Assembly (NCBI GenBank): GCA_046597055.1
Contig: JBKJLC010000212.1
Location: forward strand, 1-35,206
Source: Kofleriaceae bacterium
GTDB taxonomy: Bacteria > Myxococcota_A > Polyangia > Haliangiales > Haliangiaceae
Reading direction: 5' to 3'
DNA length: 35,206 nucleotides
Shown here: positions 7,850 to 16,032 of the stretch, piece by piece
Layout of the letters: each line of letters starts with the position of its first letter
Numbering within the stretch: the first letter of the stretch is position 1
Notes under the pieces: model-generated
What the model saw: the letters and a program-made list of their open reading frames with translations, nothing else
The model's database searches: none
What the model was told of the DNA's origin: nothing
Made by a program: the position numbers and the translations under genes

Positions 7850-8962
7850 ATGGGAGACGCCTACACACCTGGCCTCACGGTCACCCGCAGCACGGTCGTG
7901 CGCAAGAGTCGCCGGCTGCCGCTGCCCGGCGACGTGCTCCGCAAGGTCGGTGATCGGGTCGAGTCACACGACGTCATCGCCCGCACCGATCTGCCCGGCA
8001 AGGTCCACCTGCTCAACCTGGCCACCGCGCTCGGCGCTCTGCCCGACGAGCTCGCCGGCAAGCTGCTGATCCAGCCGGGCGCCGCGATCCGCAAGGGCCA
8101 GTCGATCGCCGAGAGCAAGAGCTTCTTCGGGCTGTTCACCGCCCGCGCGCTGTCGCCGATCGACGGCACGCTCGAGTCGGTGTCGGAGGTGACCGGCCAG
8201 GCCGTCCTGCGCGAGCCGCCGGTGCCGGTCGAGGTCAAGGCCTACGTCGACGGCAAGGTCGTCGAGATCCTGGCGGGCGAGGGCGTGGTCGTCGAGACCG
8301 AGGGCGCGCTCATCCAGGGCATCTTCGGGCTGGCCGGCGAGGTGGTCGCGCCGCTGGTCATGATCGCGACCCGCCCCGATCAGCCGCTCGAAGCGTCGGA
8401 TCTCAAGCCCGAGCACAAGGGCCGGGTGGTCGTCGGCGGGGGTCGGGTCAGCCTGGCCGCGATGCGTCGCGCGATGGAGCTCGGCGTCGCCGCCGTGGTG
8501 TCGGGCGGCTTCGCGTACCAGGACGTGAAGGAGCTGCTCGGCTACGACGTCGGCGTCGCGATCACCGGCGGCGAGGCGCTGGCCACCACGCTGGTGGTGA
8601 CCGAGGGCTTCGGCGACATCGCGATGGCGACCGCCACCTTCGAGCTGCTGCGCAGCCTCGAGGGTCGGATCGCCTCGGTGTGCGGCGCGACCCAGATCCG
8701 CGCCGGCGTGATCCGGCCCGAGGTCGTCATCCCGGGAACCAGCCAGGGCAACCGCGCCCAGGCCGAGGCCGGCGGCCTCGACATCGGCGCGCCGGTCCGC
8801 TGCATCCGCGCGCCGTACTTCGGCCGGATCGGCACCGTCAGCGCGCTGCCGGTCGAGCTGGAGACCATGCCGTCCGAGACCCGGGTCCGCGTCCTCGAGG
8901 TCGACCTCGGCGGCGAGAAGATCCGGGTCCCGCGCGCCAACGTGGAGGTGATCGAGCGATGA
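7850..8962 (+). CDS. Uncharacterised soluble protein: barrel-sandwich-hybrid repeats, central alpha/beta domain, C-terminal KOW/SH3-like domain
   Basis: GDVLRKVGDRVESHDVIA and PGAAIRKGQSIAE...SPIDGTLESV resemble biotinyl-lipoyl/RnfC-N hybrid motifs. C-terminus LDIGAPVRCIRAPYFGRIGTV...RVPRANVEVI is KOW-like. Confidence 0.85.
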   Translation: MGDAYTPGLTVTRSTVVRKSRRLPLPGDVLRKVGDRVESHDVIARTDLPGKVHLLNLATALGALPDELAGKLLIQPGAAIRKGQSIAESKSFFGLFTARALSPIDGTLESVSEVTGQAVLREPPVPVEVKAYVDGKVVEILAGEGVVVETEGALIQGIFGLAGEVVAPLVMIATRPDQPLEASDLKPEHKGRVVVGGGRVSLAAMRRAMELGVAAVVSGGFAYQDVKELLGYDVGVAITGGEALATTLVVTEGFGDIAMATATFELLRSLEGRIASVCGATQIRAGVIRPEVVIPGTSQGNRAQAEAGGLDIGAPVRCIRAPYFGRIGTVSALPVELETMPSETRVRVLEVDLGGEKIRVPRANVEVIER

Positions 8963-10407
8963 GGCGGTGTGCCCACGCGTGTCTCGCCGGCTTGCCGGCC
9001 CTCGTCCTCGCGAGCGCGATCGCGTCCGCCCAGCCGCTGCCAGCGGGCGCCACGCCGGGCGGCGCCCCCGCCGGTGCCGAGCAGCCGGCCACCGACCGGC
9101 TGGCGCCTGTCGATCAGCCGGTGTCGCCGCCGCCGGTCGAGCCTGTGCCGCCGGTGCCCGCCGCGCCGCCGCGGGTCGAGGCCCTGCGGTCGCTCGACGT
9201 GCAGCCGCTGAAGAACGACGACGGCAAGCACCTGCAGCTCACCTTCGAACGGCCGGTGCAGGTCGCTCAGGACATGGTCTCGACCATCGCCTTCCGCCGC
9301 AAGCACGGCGTGGCGAACGCCCCGCCGGCGTACCCGGTCGTGGCCGAGCCGGTCGCTGGCACCCTGCGCTGGTCGCCCGACTTCCTCGCCGGCGCCGCGC
9401 CAGCCGCCGCCGAGGCCGCGCCCCTCGACGCCTCGACCCCGCTCAAGGCCGGCGACACGGTCGGTCCGTGGACGGTCGCCGCCGTGCTCGAGGCCGGTGA
9501 GACCAGCCTCAAGGACGAGGTCGCGCCCAGCACCGCGTACGAGTACGTCGTGGTCGAGGCCCGCCGCGACGGGGACGGCAAGCTGCTCGCGATCTCGCCC
9601 GGGCTCGTGATCGGCCCGCGCGTGCCCGAGGCCGCGCTGTTCCACACCGAGCGCTGGGGCTACCTCCTCATCGTCCTGCTCATCTCCGGCCTGATCGCCT
9701 TCTACATCCGGCTGGCCAAGGCGCGGCCCAAGGAGATCTTCATCCGCCGCATGCCGGGCGTCGATGCGCTCGAGGACGCGGTCGGTCGCTCGACCGAGAT
9801 GGGCCGCCCGGTCCTGTACGTGACCGGCCTGGAGGAGATCCAGGACATCATGACGATCGCGTCGCTGCTCATCCTCGGCCATGTCGCCGAGTTGACCGCG
9901 CACTACGACACCGAGATCAAGGTCGCGAACTACTTCCCGCTGACGATGGTCGTCGCCGAAGAGATCGTGCGCCAGGGCTACGCCAACGCCGGTCGTGCCG
10001 ACGCCCACCGCCCCGAGAACGTCCTGTTCATCACCGCCGAGCAGTTCGCGTTCGCGGCCGGCGTCAACGGCATCATCCTGCGTGACAAGCCGGCGACCAA
10101 CATCTACTTCGGCAAGTTCTTCGGCGAGTCGCTGCTGCTGGCCGAGACCGGCTACATGACCGGCGCGATCCAGATCGCCGGCACGGCCGAGCTGCCGCAG
10201 CTGCCGTTCTTCATCGCCGCCTGCGACTACACCCTGATCGGCGAGGAGCTGTACGCGACCTCGGCGTACCTGTCGCGCGAGCCGACGCTGCTCGCCAACC
10301 TCAAGGCGGGCGACGCCTTCAAGCTGCTCGCGATGCTGTTCATCGTGGTCGGCACCGCGCTGGCGACGGCAGGCGTCTTCCACCTGGCCCCCAAGGTGTT
10401 TCCATGA
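8959..10407 (+). CDS. Membrane protein, DUF6754-like: signal peptide, Pro-rich/FN3-like exported part, TM, soluble domain, TM
   Basis: ATGA overlap at 8959. Signal peptide, Pro-rich linker, FN3-like strand LKDEVAPSTAYEYVVV, TM YLLIVLLISGLIAFYI, then IRRMPGVDALEDAVGRSTEMGRPVLY...LPFFIAACDYTLIGEELYATSAYLS, which I recall as DUF6754-type. Confidence 0.8.
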   Translation: MRRCAHACLAGLPALVLASAIASAQPLPAGATPGGAPAGAEQPATDRLAPVDQPVSPPPVEPVPPVPAAPPRVEALRSLDVQPLKNDDGKHLQLTFERPVQVAQDMVSTIAFRRKHGVANAPPAYPVVAEPVAGTLRWSPDFLAGAAPAAAEAAPLDASTPLKAGDTVGPWTVAAVLEAGETSLKDEVAPSTAYEYVVVEARRDGDGKLLAISPGLVIGPRVPEAALFHTERWGYLLIVLLISGLIAFYIRLAKARPKEIFIRRMPGVDALEDAVGRSTEMGRPVLYVTGLEEIQDIMTIASLLILGHVAELTAHYDTEIKVANYFPLTMVVAEEIVRQGYANAGRADAHRPENVLFITAEQFAFAAGVNGIILRDKPATNIYFGKFFGESLLLAETGYMTGAIQIAGTAELPQLPFFIAACDYTLIGEELYATSAYLSREPTLLANLKAGDAFKLLAMLFIVVGTALATAGVFHLAPKVFP

Positions 10408-11315
10408 AGAAGCTGGTGCCGCTGGTCTTCGGCATCCTGTTCGGCCTGTACGCGGTCGCCGAGTTCTACATCCCGCATCACGACGTCGGCGAGCTGACCG
10501 ACGAGTTCCGCAACTGGGCTGGCATCCTCACCGCCGCCGCCTTCGTGCTGGGCGGGCTCAACATCCTGCAGGTCACCTGGCCCAAGATCCGGCGCCGCGA
10601 GCCGGACTGGGGCTACAAGGTCCTGCTGCTGTCGGCGGCCGCGGTCATGGTGCTGGTCGGCCTGCCCTGGCACAAGCTCGGCGATCGCGCCGAGCCAACC
10701 TCGGCGATCACCGCGGCGACCGACGTCGCGGCCGGCCAGGCGCGGGTCGTGGTCGAGGCGCCCGCCGACGTGGTGGTCCAGGTCGGCAGCGTGGTCGCTG
10801 CCGCGAAGGATGCCGGCGGCAAGCCGTTCACGGTCGAGGTCGCCCCCGGCTTGATCGAGATCAAGCTGTCGCGCCGCGCCGCCGGCTACGAGGCGCAGGT
10901 CGCGACCGTCACCGTGGCCGCCGGGCAGCTGGCAACCGTCGCCGGTGACCCGCCGACCCTGTGGGGCAAGGAGGGCCGGGTCTTCGTCTGGCTCTACGAC
11001 CACGTGTTCGCGCCGTGCAACTCGACCATGTTCGCGTTGCTGGCGTTCTTCGTGGCGTCGGCGGCGTTCCGCGCCTTCCGCGCCCGCAACACCGAGGCGG
11101 CGCTGCTGCTGACCGCGGCGATCGTGATGATGCTCGGTCGCGCGCCGCTGGGCCGCGCGCTGTGGGATGCGCTGCCCGACATCGCGCAGTGGCTGCTCGA
11201 CGTCCCCAGCAACGGCGGCCGGCGCGCGATCATGATGGGCGCGGCGGTCGGCGCGATCGCCACCGGCCTGCGCGTGATCGTCGGGCTCGAGCGCTCGCAC
11301 CTGGGGAGCGACTGA
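10404..11315 (+). CDS. Polytopic membrane protein with a PEGA-like loop insertion
   Basis: ATGA overlap. About 6 hydrophobic helices. Motifs STMFALLAFFVASAAFRAFRAR and GGRRAIMMGAAVGAIATGLRVIVGLER. Beta-rich insert at about 10731-10940. Confidence 0.85.
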   Translation: MKKLVPLVFGILFGLYAVAEFYIPHHDVGELTDEFRNWAGILTAAAFVLGGLNILQVTWPKIRRREPDWGYKVLLLSAAAVMVLVGLPWHKLGDRAEPTSAITAATDVAAGQARVVVEAPADVVVQVGSVVAAAKDAGGKPFTVEVAPGLIEIKLSRRAAGYEAQVATVTVAAGQLATVAGDPPTLWGKEGRVFVWLYDHVFAPCNSTMFALLAFFVASAAFRAFRARNTEAALLLTAAIVMMLGRAPLGRALWDALPDIAQWLLDVPSNGGRRAIMMGAAVGAIATGLRVIVGLERSHLGSD

Positions 11316-12214
11316 TGGCGACCAACCCGTCCACGCCGCACTGGACCGACCGGCTCCAGTCGTTCGACCGCCGCTGGATCTTCCTGGCGATGAGCCTGGC
11401 GATCGTGGTGCCGCTGTTCTTCCCGCTCGGCCTGCCGGCCAAGCCCGATCAGATGACCAAGGCCGCCTACAACGCGGTCGAGGCGCTGCCCCCAGGCGCG
11501 CGGGTGTTCGTGTCGCTCGACATGGACCCGGCGTCGACCCCCGAGCTCGAGCCGTTCTTCAAGGCGGTGATGCTCCAGCTCAAGCGCAAGAACGCGAAGC
11601 TGGTGTTCGCGACCACCTGGTACTCGGCGCCGCCGCTGGTCGAGCGCTACATGCGCGAGTCGGTCGAGGGCACGCTGGCCCCGGCCGGGACCGAGGGCTA
11701 CAGCGGGCTGCCCGACCGGCCGTACGTGAAGAACGTCGACTACGTCAACCTCGGCTTCCGCGACGGCAAGGGCGCCATCATCCAGCTGTTCGGCTCCGAC
11801 CTGCGCAAGGCGTTCGACGGCCGCGCCAACGACGGCACCGCGCTCGACCGCATCCCGATGCTGAGCGGCATCAAGCAGCTCAAGGACTTCGATCTGATCG
11901 TGCTCGTCAACGCCGGCTTCCCCGGCGCCAAGGAGTACGTCCAGTTCGTCGGTACCCGCTACAAGCTCAAGATGATCACGGCGTGCACCGCGGTGTCGAC
12001 CACCGACCTGGCGCCGTACTTCCAGACCGGCCAGCTGGTCGGCCTGGTCGGCGGCATGGCCGGCGCCGCCGGCTACGAGCACCTGGTCGGCAAGAAGGGC
12101 GCGGGCACCTCGGGGGCTGACGTGCTCAACGTCGGCAACCTGGTCGTGATCCTCGCGATCGTGCTCGGCAACATCATCTACTTCGTCAGCCCCAAGAAGC
12201 GGGGACGGAGGTAG
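11315..12214 (+). CDS. Membrane protein: TM, about 230-aa alpha/beta domain, TM
   Basis: Start at ATG 11315 (TGATG overlap, GGGGAG SD). DRRWIFLAMSLAIVVPLFFP...DYVNLGF...LAPYFQTGQLVGLVGGMAGAAGYEHLV...VVILAIVLGNIIYFV-SPKKRGRR. Confidence 0.85.
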   Translation: MATNPSTPHWTDRLQSFDRRWIFLAMSLAIVVPLFFPLGLPAKPDQMTKAAYNAVEALPPGARVFVSLDMDPASTPELEPFFKAVMLQLKRKNAKLVFATTWYSAPPLVERYMRESVEGTLAPAGTEGYSGLPDRPYVKNVDYVNLGFRDGKGAIIQLFGSDLRKAFDGRANDGTALDRIPMLSGIKQLKDFDLIVLVNAGFPGAKEYVQFVGTRYKLKMITACTAVSTTDLAPYFQTGQLVGLVGGMAGAAGYEHLVGKKGAGTSGADVLNVGNLVVILAIVLGNIIYFVSPKKRGRR

Positions 12215-12216
12215 TC

Positions 12217-13215
12217 ATGCCCGCGCTCGCGCTCATCGACGTCGTCGGCGTGTGGTTGGGGATCTTCCTCACCTTCTGCATCCTGTCGTTCCTCTACGAC
12301 GACAACCCCTTTTACAAGCTGGCCGAGCACCTCTTCATCGGGATCTCGGTCGGCTACCTGATGGTGCTGCAGTACAACGACAACCTTCACCCCAAGCTGT
12401 TCGTCGCGCTGGGCGAGAAGGAGGGGCTCGATCTGTTCCTGCGCCTGGTCGGCGCGGTCCTGGTCGTCATGCTGTTCGTGAAGGCGATCTCGCGGAAGTG
12501 GGCCTGGGTCGGCCGCTTCCCGCTGGCGTTCGTGGTGTCGTTCTACGCCGGCCTCCAGATCAACGCGGTCGCGCAGGCCGAGCTGGGCGCGCAGATCGCG
12601 TTCGCGGCCGGCACCCTCGACGAGACCAAGGTCGACCTGAACACCGCGCCGCCCGACAAGCTCACCGCGGTGCCGGGCTCGTCGCCGCTGATCGCCGAGA
12701 AGCTGCTGGTCGCCCGCGCCGAGCGGCCGTTCATCAGCCTCGACGACGCCGCCACCCGGCCGACCCTGACCCCGGCCGAGCAGGCCGACCTGGCCGCCGC
12801 GCGGGGTCCGCTGGTCGGGCTCGACGCCAACGCCGACGTCCGGCCGGGCCAGCGCAACTGGTTCGGCGTGGTCTCGAACGTCCTGCTGCTGCTCGGGCTC
12901 CTGACCTCGCTGGTCTACTTCTACTTCTCGGTCCCGCACACCGGCGCGGTCGGGCGCATCTCGCGCATCGGCGTCTGGGTGCTGATGGTCGGGTTCGGCG
13001 CCAGTTTCGGCCTCACCGTGCAGGGGCGCCTGGCCCTGGCGATCGGCCGCGCGTACGAGGTGCTCGGCCGCACGTTCAGCCCGGCCGACGCGGCCCAGAT
13101 CCGCGCCCCCTACGTGTCGGTGATCTCGATCGCGATCATCATCCTCGGCATCGCCGGCTGGGAGCTGCGTCGCCGCAAGGACGCGGGCCACGCTGGCACC
13201 GCCGGGAAGACCTGA
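12217..13215 (+). CDS. Polytopic membrane protein with an inserted ComEA-like helix-hairpin-helix domain
   Basis: GGAGG SD. About 7 TM segments. Motifs LSFLYDDNPFYKLAEHLFIGISVGY and LMVGFGASFGLTVQGRL. Insert VDLNTAPPDKLTAVPGSSPLIAEKLLVARAERPFISLDDA. Confidence 0.85.
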   Translation: MPALALIDVVGVWLGIFLTFCILSFLYDDNPFYKLAEHLFIGISVGYLMVLQYNDNLHPKLFVALGEKEGLDLFLRLVGAVLVVMLFVKAISRKWAWVGRFPLAFVVSFYAGLQINAVAQAELGAQIAFAAGTLDETKVDLNTAPPDKLTAVPGSSPLIAEKLLVARAERPFISLDDAATRPTLTPAEQADLAAARGPLVGLDANADVRPGQRNWFGVVSNVLLLLGLLTSLVYFYFSVPHTGAVGRISRIGVWVLMVGFGASFGLTVQGRLALAIGRAYEVLGRTFSPADAAQIRAPYVSVISIAIIILGIAGWELRRRKDAGHAGTAGKT

Positions 13216-13233
13216 TAGGTTCTCGGCGCACGG

Positions 13234-14631
13234 ATGTCGTACGAGTGGCAGATCGGTTGGCGCTACCTGTACGCGGGCAAGCGCGATCGCGGCATGCTCA
13301 CCGGCTGCCTGGTCTCGCTCGGGGTCTCGGCGGCCGGGCTCGGCCTGCTCGCCGTGTCCGACGGCGGCTCGCCGGTCGGCGTGGTGACCTTCCTGCTCGG
13401 GCTGATCTCGGCGGCGGTGTTCGGGCTCTTGTCGGTGCTGTCGGTGTCGGTCGCGGTCGCCGTGCTCGGGGTGGTGCTCGGCGTCGCCGCGCTCACCGTG
13501 GTGCTGTCGGTGACCAGCGGCTTCCAGGACCAGTTCCGCGAGAAGGTGCTGGGGGTCAACGCCCACGTCATCATCATGAAGAGCTCGACCGACTTCGCGG
13601 AGTACCGCGAGGTCATGGACACCGCGCGCACGATCGATCGTGACGTGATCGCGGTGCAGCCGTTCATCTTCGTCGAGATGCTGGCGACCACCGGCAAGGG
13701 CCGCATCGCCGGGGTCGCGATCAAGGGCGTCGATCCCGACCGGGTCCGCGGCGTGCTCGATCTCGACAAGCACATGATCGAAGGCTCGGTCGCGGCGCTG
13801 TCCGAGCCGCCGGCCGAGGGCCAGTCGCCGCCGATCATCATGGGCAAGGAGCTGGCCCGCAAGCTGCGCGCGAAGATGGGCGACGAGATCACGGTCGTGG
13901 TCCCGATGTCGAACGTCGACCTCGAGACCTGGCGGACCACCGCGGCGGCGCCGCGCACGCGGCGGTTCAAGGTCGCCGGGGTGTTCTACAGCGGCTTCGA
14001 CGAGTACGGCCGCCGGCTGATGTACACCAGCCTGCGCGAGACCCAGGCCCTGCTCGAGCGCGGCGACAAGGTCATGGGCGTCGAGCTCAAGGTCCGCGAC
14101 GTGGCGCGGGCCCAGGCGATCGCCAACAAGCTGTCGGTCCGCCTGGGTGAGCCGCCGTTCCAGGTCCAGGACTGGTACGAGCTCAACCACAACCTGTTCA
14201 AGGCGCTGACCATGCAGAAGGCGGCCTTGTTGATCGTGCTGTTCCTGATCATCGCGGTCGCCACGGTCAACCTGATCTCGGCGATGGTGATGATGGTGAC
14301 CGAGCGGATCCGCGAGATCGCGATCCTGAAGTCGATGGGCTCGCCGTCGCTCGAGATCGGCTTCGTGTTCACCATCGTCGGCACCGCGATCGGCGCGGTC
14401 GGCACGCTGGTCGGCATCGGCCTCGGCGTCTCGACCTGCGTGGTCGTGCGCAGCTACGGCTACCGGCTCGACCCCAAGGTCTACCTGATCGACCAGCTGC
14501 CGATCAGCGTGCGCCCGTCGGAGATCGCGCTGGTCGCCGGCATGACCATGCTGATCTGCCTGGTCGCGACGCTGATCCCGACCTTCAAGGCCGCCGCGCT
14601 GCGCCCGGTCGACGGCCTGCGCCACGACTGA
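13234..14631 (+). CDS. lolC: Lipoprotein-releasing ABC transporter permease, LolC/E family
   Basis: YEWQIGWRYL, LGVAALTVVLSVTSGFQDQFREKVLGVNAHV, DWYELNHNLFKAL, ERIREIAILKSMG, VYLIDQLP, AAALRPVDGLRHD. LolC versus LolE is not resolvable. Confidence 0.92.
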   Translation: MSYEWQIGWRYLYAGKRDRGMLTGCLVSLGVSAAGLGLLAVSDGGSPVGVVTFLLGLISAAVFGLLSVLSVSVAVAVLGVVLGVAALTVVLSVTSGFQDQFREKVLGVNAHVIIMKSSTDFAEYREVMDTARTIDRDVIAVQPFIFVEMLATTGKGRIAGVAIKGVDPDRVRGVLDLDKHMIEGSVAALSEPPAEGQSPPIIMGKELARKLRAKMGDEITVVVPMSNVDLETWRTTAAAPRTRRFKVAGVFYSGFDEYGRRLMYTSLRETQALLERGDKVMGVELKVRDVARAQAIANKLSVRLGEPPFQVQDWYELNHNLFKALTMQKAALLIVLFLIIAVATVNLISAMVMMVTERIREIAILKSMGSPSLEIGFVFTIVGTAIGAVGTLVGIGLGVSTCVVVRSYGYRLDPKVYLIDQLPISVRPSEIALVAGMTMLICLVATLIPTFKAAALRPVDGLRHD

Positions 14632-14633
14632 CG

Positions 14634-14650
14634 CGCGCGGTGGCCGCGCG
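14634..14650. terminator. Short hairpin between convergent genes
   Basis: CGCGCGG-TGG-CCGCGCG in the 39-nt gap between two stop codons. Confidence 0.3.
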
Positions 14651-14670
14651 GCGCGGCCGAGGCCCGCGAA

Positions 14671-15333
14671 TCACGGCTCGATGACGTCGGGCGTGGCGGT
14701 GACCACGTCGAGCGCGAGGTCGTGCAGCACGACCAGCTCGCCGAGGTCGTCGATCACGCCGTCGACCCGAGCGGTGATCGATGCGTGCATCTGACCCGCG
14801 GCGTCGCGCGTGACCGCGACCGCGAACGGCGCGCTGGGGATGCGGCGCATCGCCAGCGGCAGCACGTCGCCGCGCCACGACAGCATCGCCCAGTCGAGCA
14901 GCAGGTCGGCCCGGCCGTAGCCGATCATCGTGTTGCTGTCGTCGGGCAGGTTGCCGAGCGGCTGGATCGCGAGCTGGGTGCCGAGACGGAGCGACAGCTC
15001 GGTGATCGTGACCGGCCGGTTGCCGAGCAGGCCGGCGGGCACGATGACGTCCTCGAGCGGGAGCTCGAGGTCCTCGACCAGGAGCCAGCCGTCGGTGGTG
15101 GTGCGCAGCACGGCTTCGCCGCCGAGCACCGACGGGTCGACCGCGACCATGCGGCCGCCGGCCGCCATCGCCGACACGTCGACGTTGCTCTGGGTCGACA
15201 CGTCGAGCGTGACGCGGCGGCGCAGCTGGGCCGCCAGGTCCTCGTCGCCGGCGGCCGGCTCGAAGGTGCAGCCGGTGCCGGCGAGGGTGAGGCCGGCGGC
15301 GGCCGCGAACAGGAACGATCGGACGTTGGTCAT
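14671..15333 (-). CDS. Putative lipoprotein, beta-rich, unknown function
   Basis: Start ATG 15333 (GGAGG SD, ATGA overlap with the TetR stop). MTNVRSFLFAAAAGLTLAGTGC has a lipobox-like Cys. Confidence 0.75.
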   Translation of the reverse strand: MTNVRSFLFAAAAGLTLAGTGCTFEPAAGDEDLAAQLRRRVTLDVSTQSNVDVSAMAAGGRMVAVDPSVLGGEAVLRTTTDGWLLVEDLELPLEDVIVPAGLLGNRPVTITELSLRLGTQLAIQPLGNLPDDSNTMIGYGRADLLLDWAMLSWRGDVLPLAMRRIPSAPFAVAVTRDAAGQMHASITARVDGVIDDLGELVVLHDLALDVVTATPDVIEP

Positions 15334-16007
15334 GGTGCCTCCACGCGGGTGGGGGATAGGGACAAGGGATACGGGCGCGCGGCGGCCGCGAGCACGTCGA
15401 CGATGGCGGCGAGCCGCTCCTCGTCGAGCTCGGGACGCGAGCGGGCCGACCAGCCGAGCTTGGCGGCCCAGTCCTCGGCGGACAGGTGCCACGAGACGCA
15501 CAGGTCGACGACGGTGATGAGCAGGTGCGGGGCCGACACGTCCTTGCGCAGGGCGCCGGTCGCCTGACCCTCCTCGACCCGATGAACCAGCCGCGCCATC
15601 AGCGCGCGGGTCAGCTCGAGATGGGCACCCTCGCCGAGCAGGATGCGGCGCATCGCGAGCGTCCACCCGAGCAGGCGGACCAGCTCCGGGTGGCGGCCGA
15701 GGAACCGGAAGAAGCTGCGGGTGCCTTCGCACAGCCCCTCGAGATCGGGCCGGGTCTGAAGGAACTCCAGGTGCGACTCGAGGAACGCGGTCAGCGGGCG
15801 GACCAGCACCTGGTCGAACAGCGCTTCCTTGGTGCGGAAGTAGTGATGGACCAGGCCGCGGTTGACCCCGGCCTTGGTGCTGATGTCATCGATGCTGGTC
15901 GCGCCAGGCCCGAGCCGGGTGAACAGGTCGGTCGCGGCAGCGAGAATCCGGGCCTTGGTCCGCTCCGCATCGCGGATGCGGGGCTCGGTCGTAACGCGCC
16001 GCGGCAT
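15330..16007 (-). CDS. TetR/AcrR-family transcriptional regulator
   Basis: RDAERTKARILAAATDLFTRLGPGATSIDDISTKAGVNRGLVHHYFRTKEALF is a TetR HTH. ATG 16007 preferred over GTG 16016. Confidence 0.93.
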   Translation of the reverse strand: MPRRVTTEPRIRDAERTKARILAAATDLFTRLGPGATSIDDISTKAGVNRGLVHHYFRTKEALFDQVLVRPLTAFLESHLEFLQTRPDLEGLCEGTRSFFRFLGRHPELVRLLGWTLAMRRILLGEGAHLELTRALMARLVHRVEEGQATGALRKDVSAPHLLITVVDLCVSWHLSAEDWAAKLGWSARSRPELDEERLAAIVDVLAAAARPYPLSLSPTRVEAP

Positions 16008-16010
16008 GAG

Positions 16011-16032
16011 GAACACAATTAGTCGTGTGTTC
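16011..16032. promoter_or_regulatory. Candidate TetR autoregulatory operator GAACACA-N8-TGTGTTC
   Basis: Perfect 7-bp inverted repeat 3 nt upstream of the TetR start codon, inside an AT-rich island. Confidence 0.55.
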
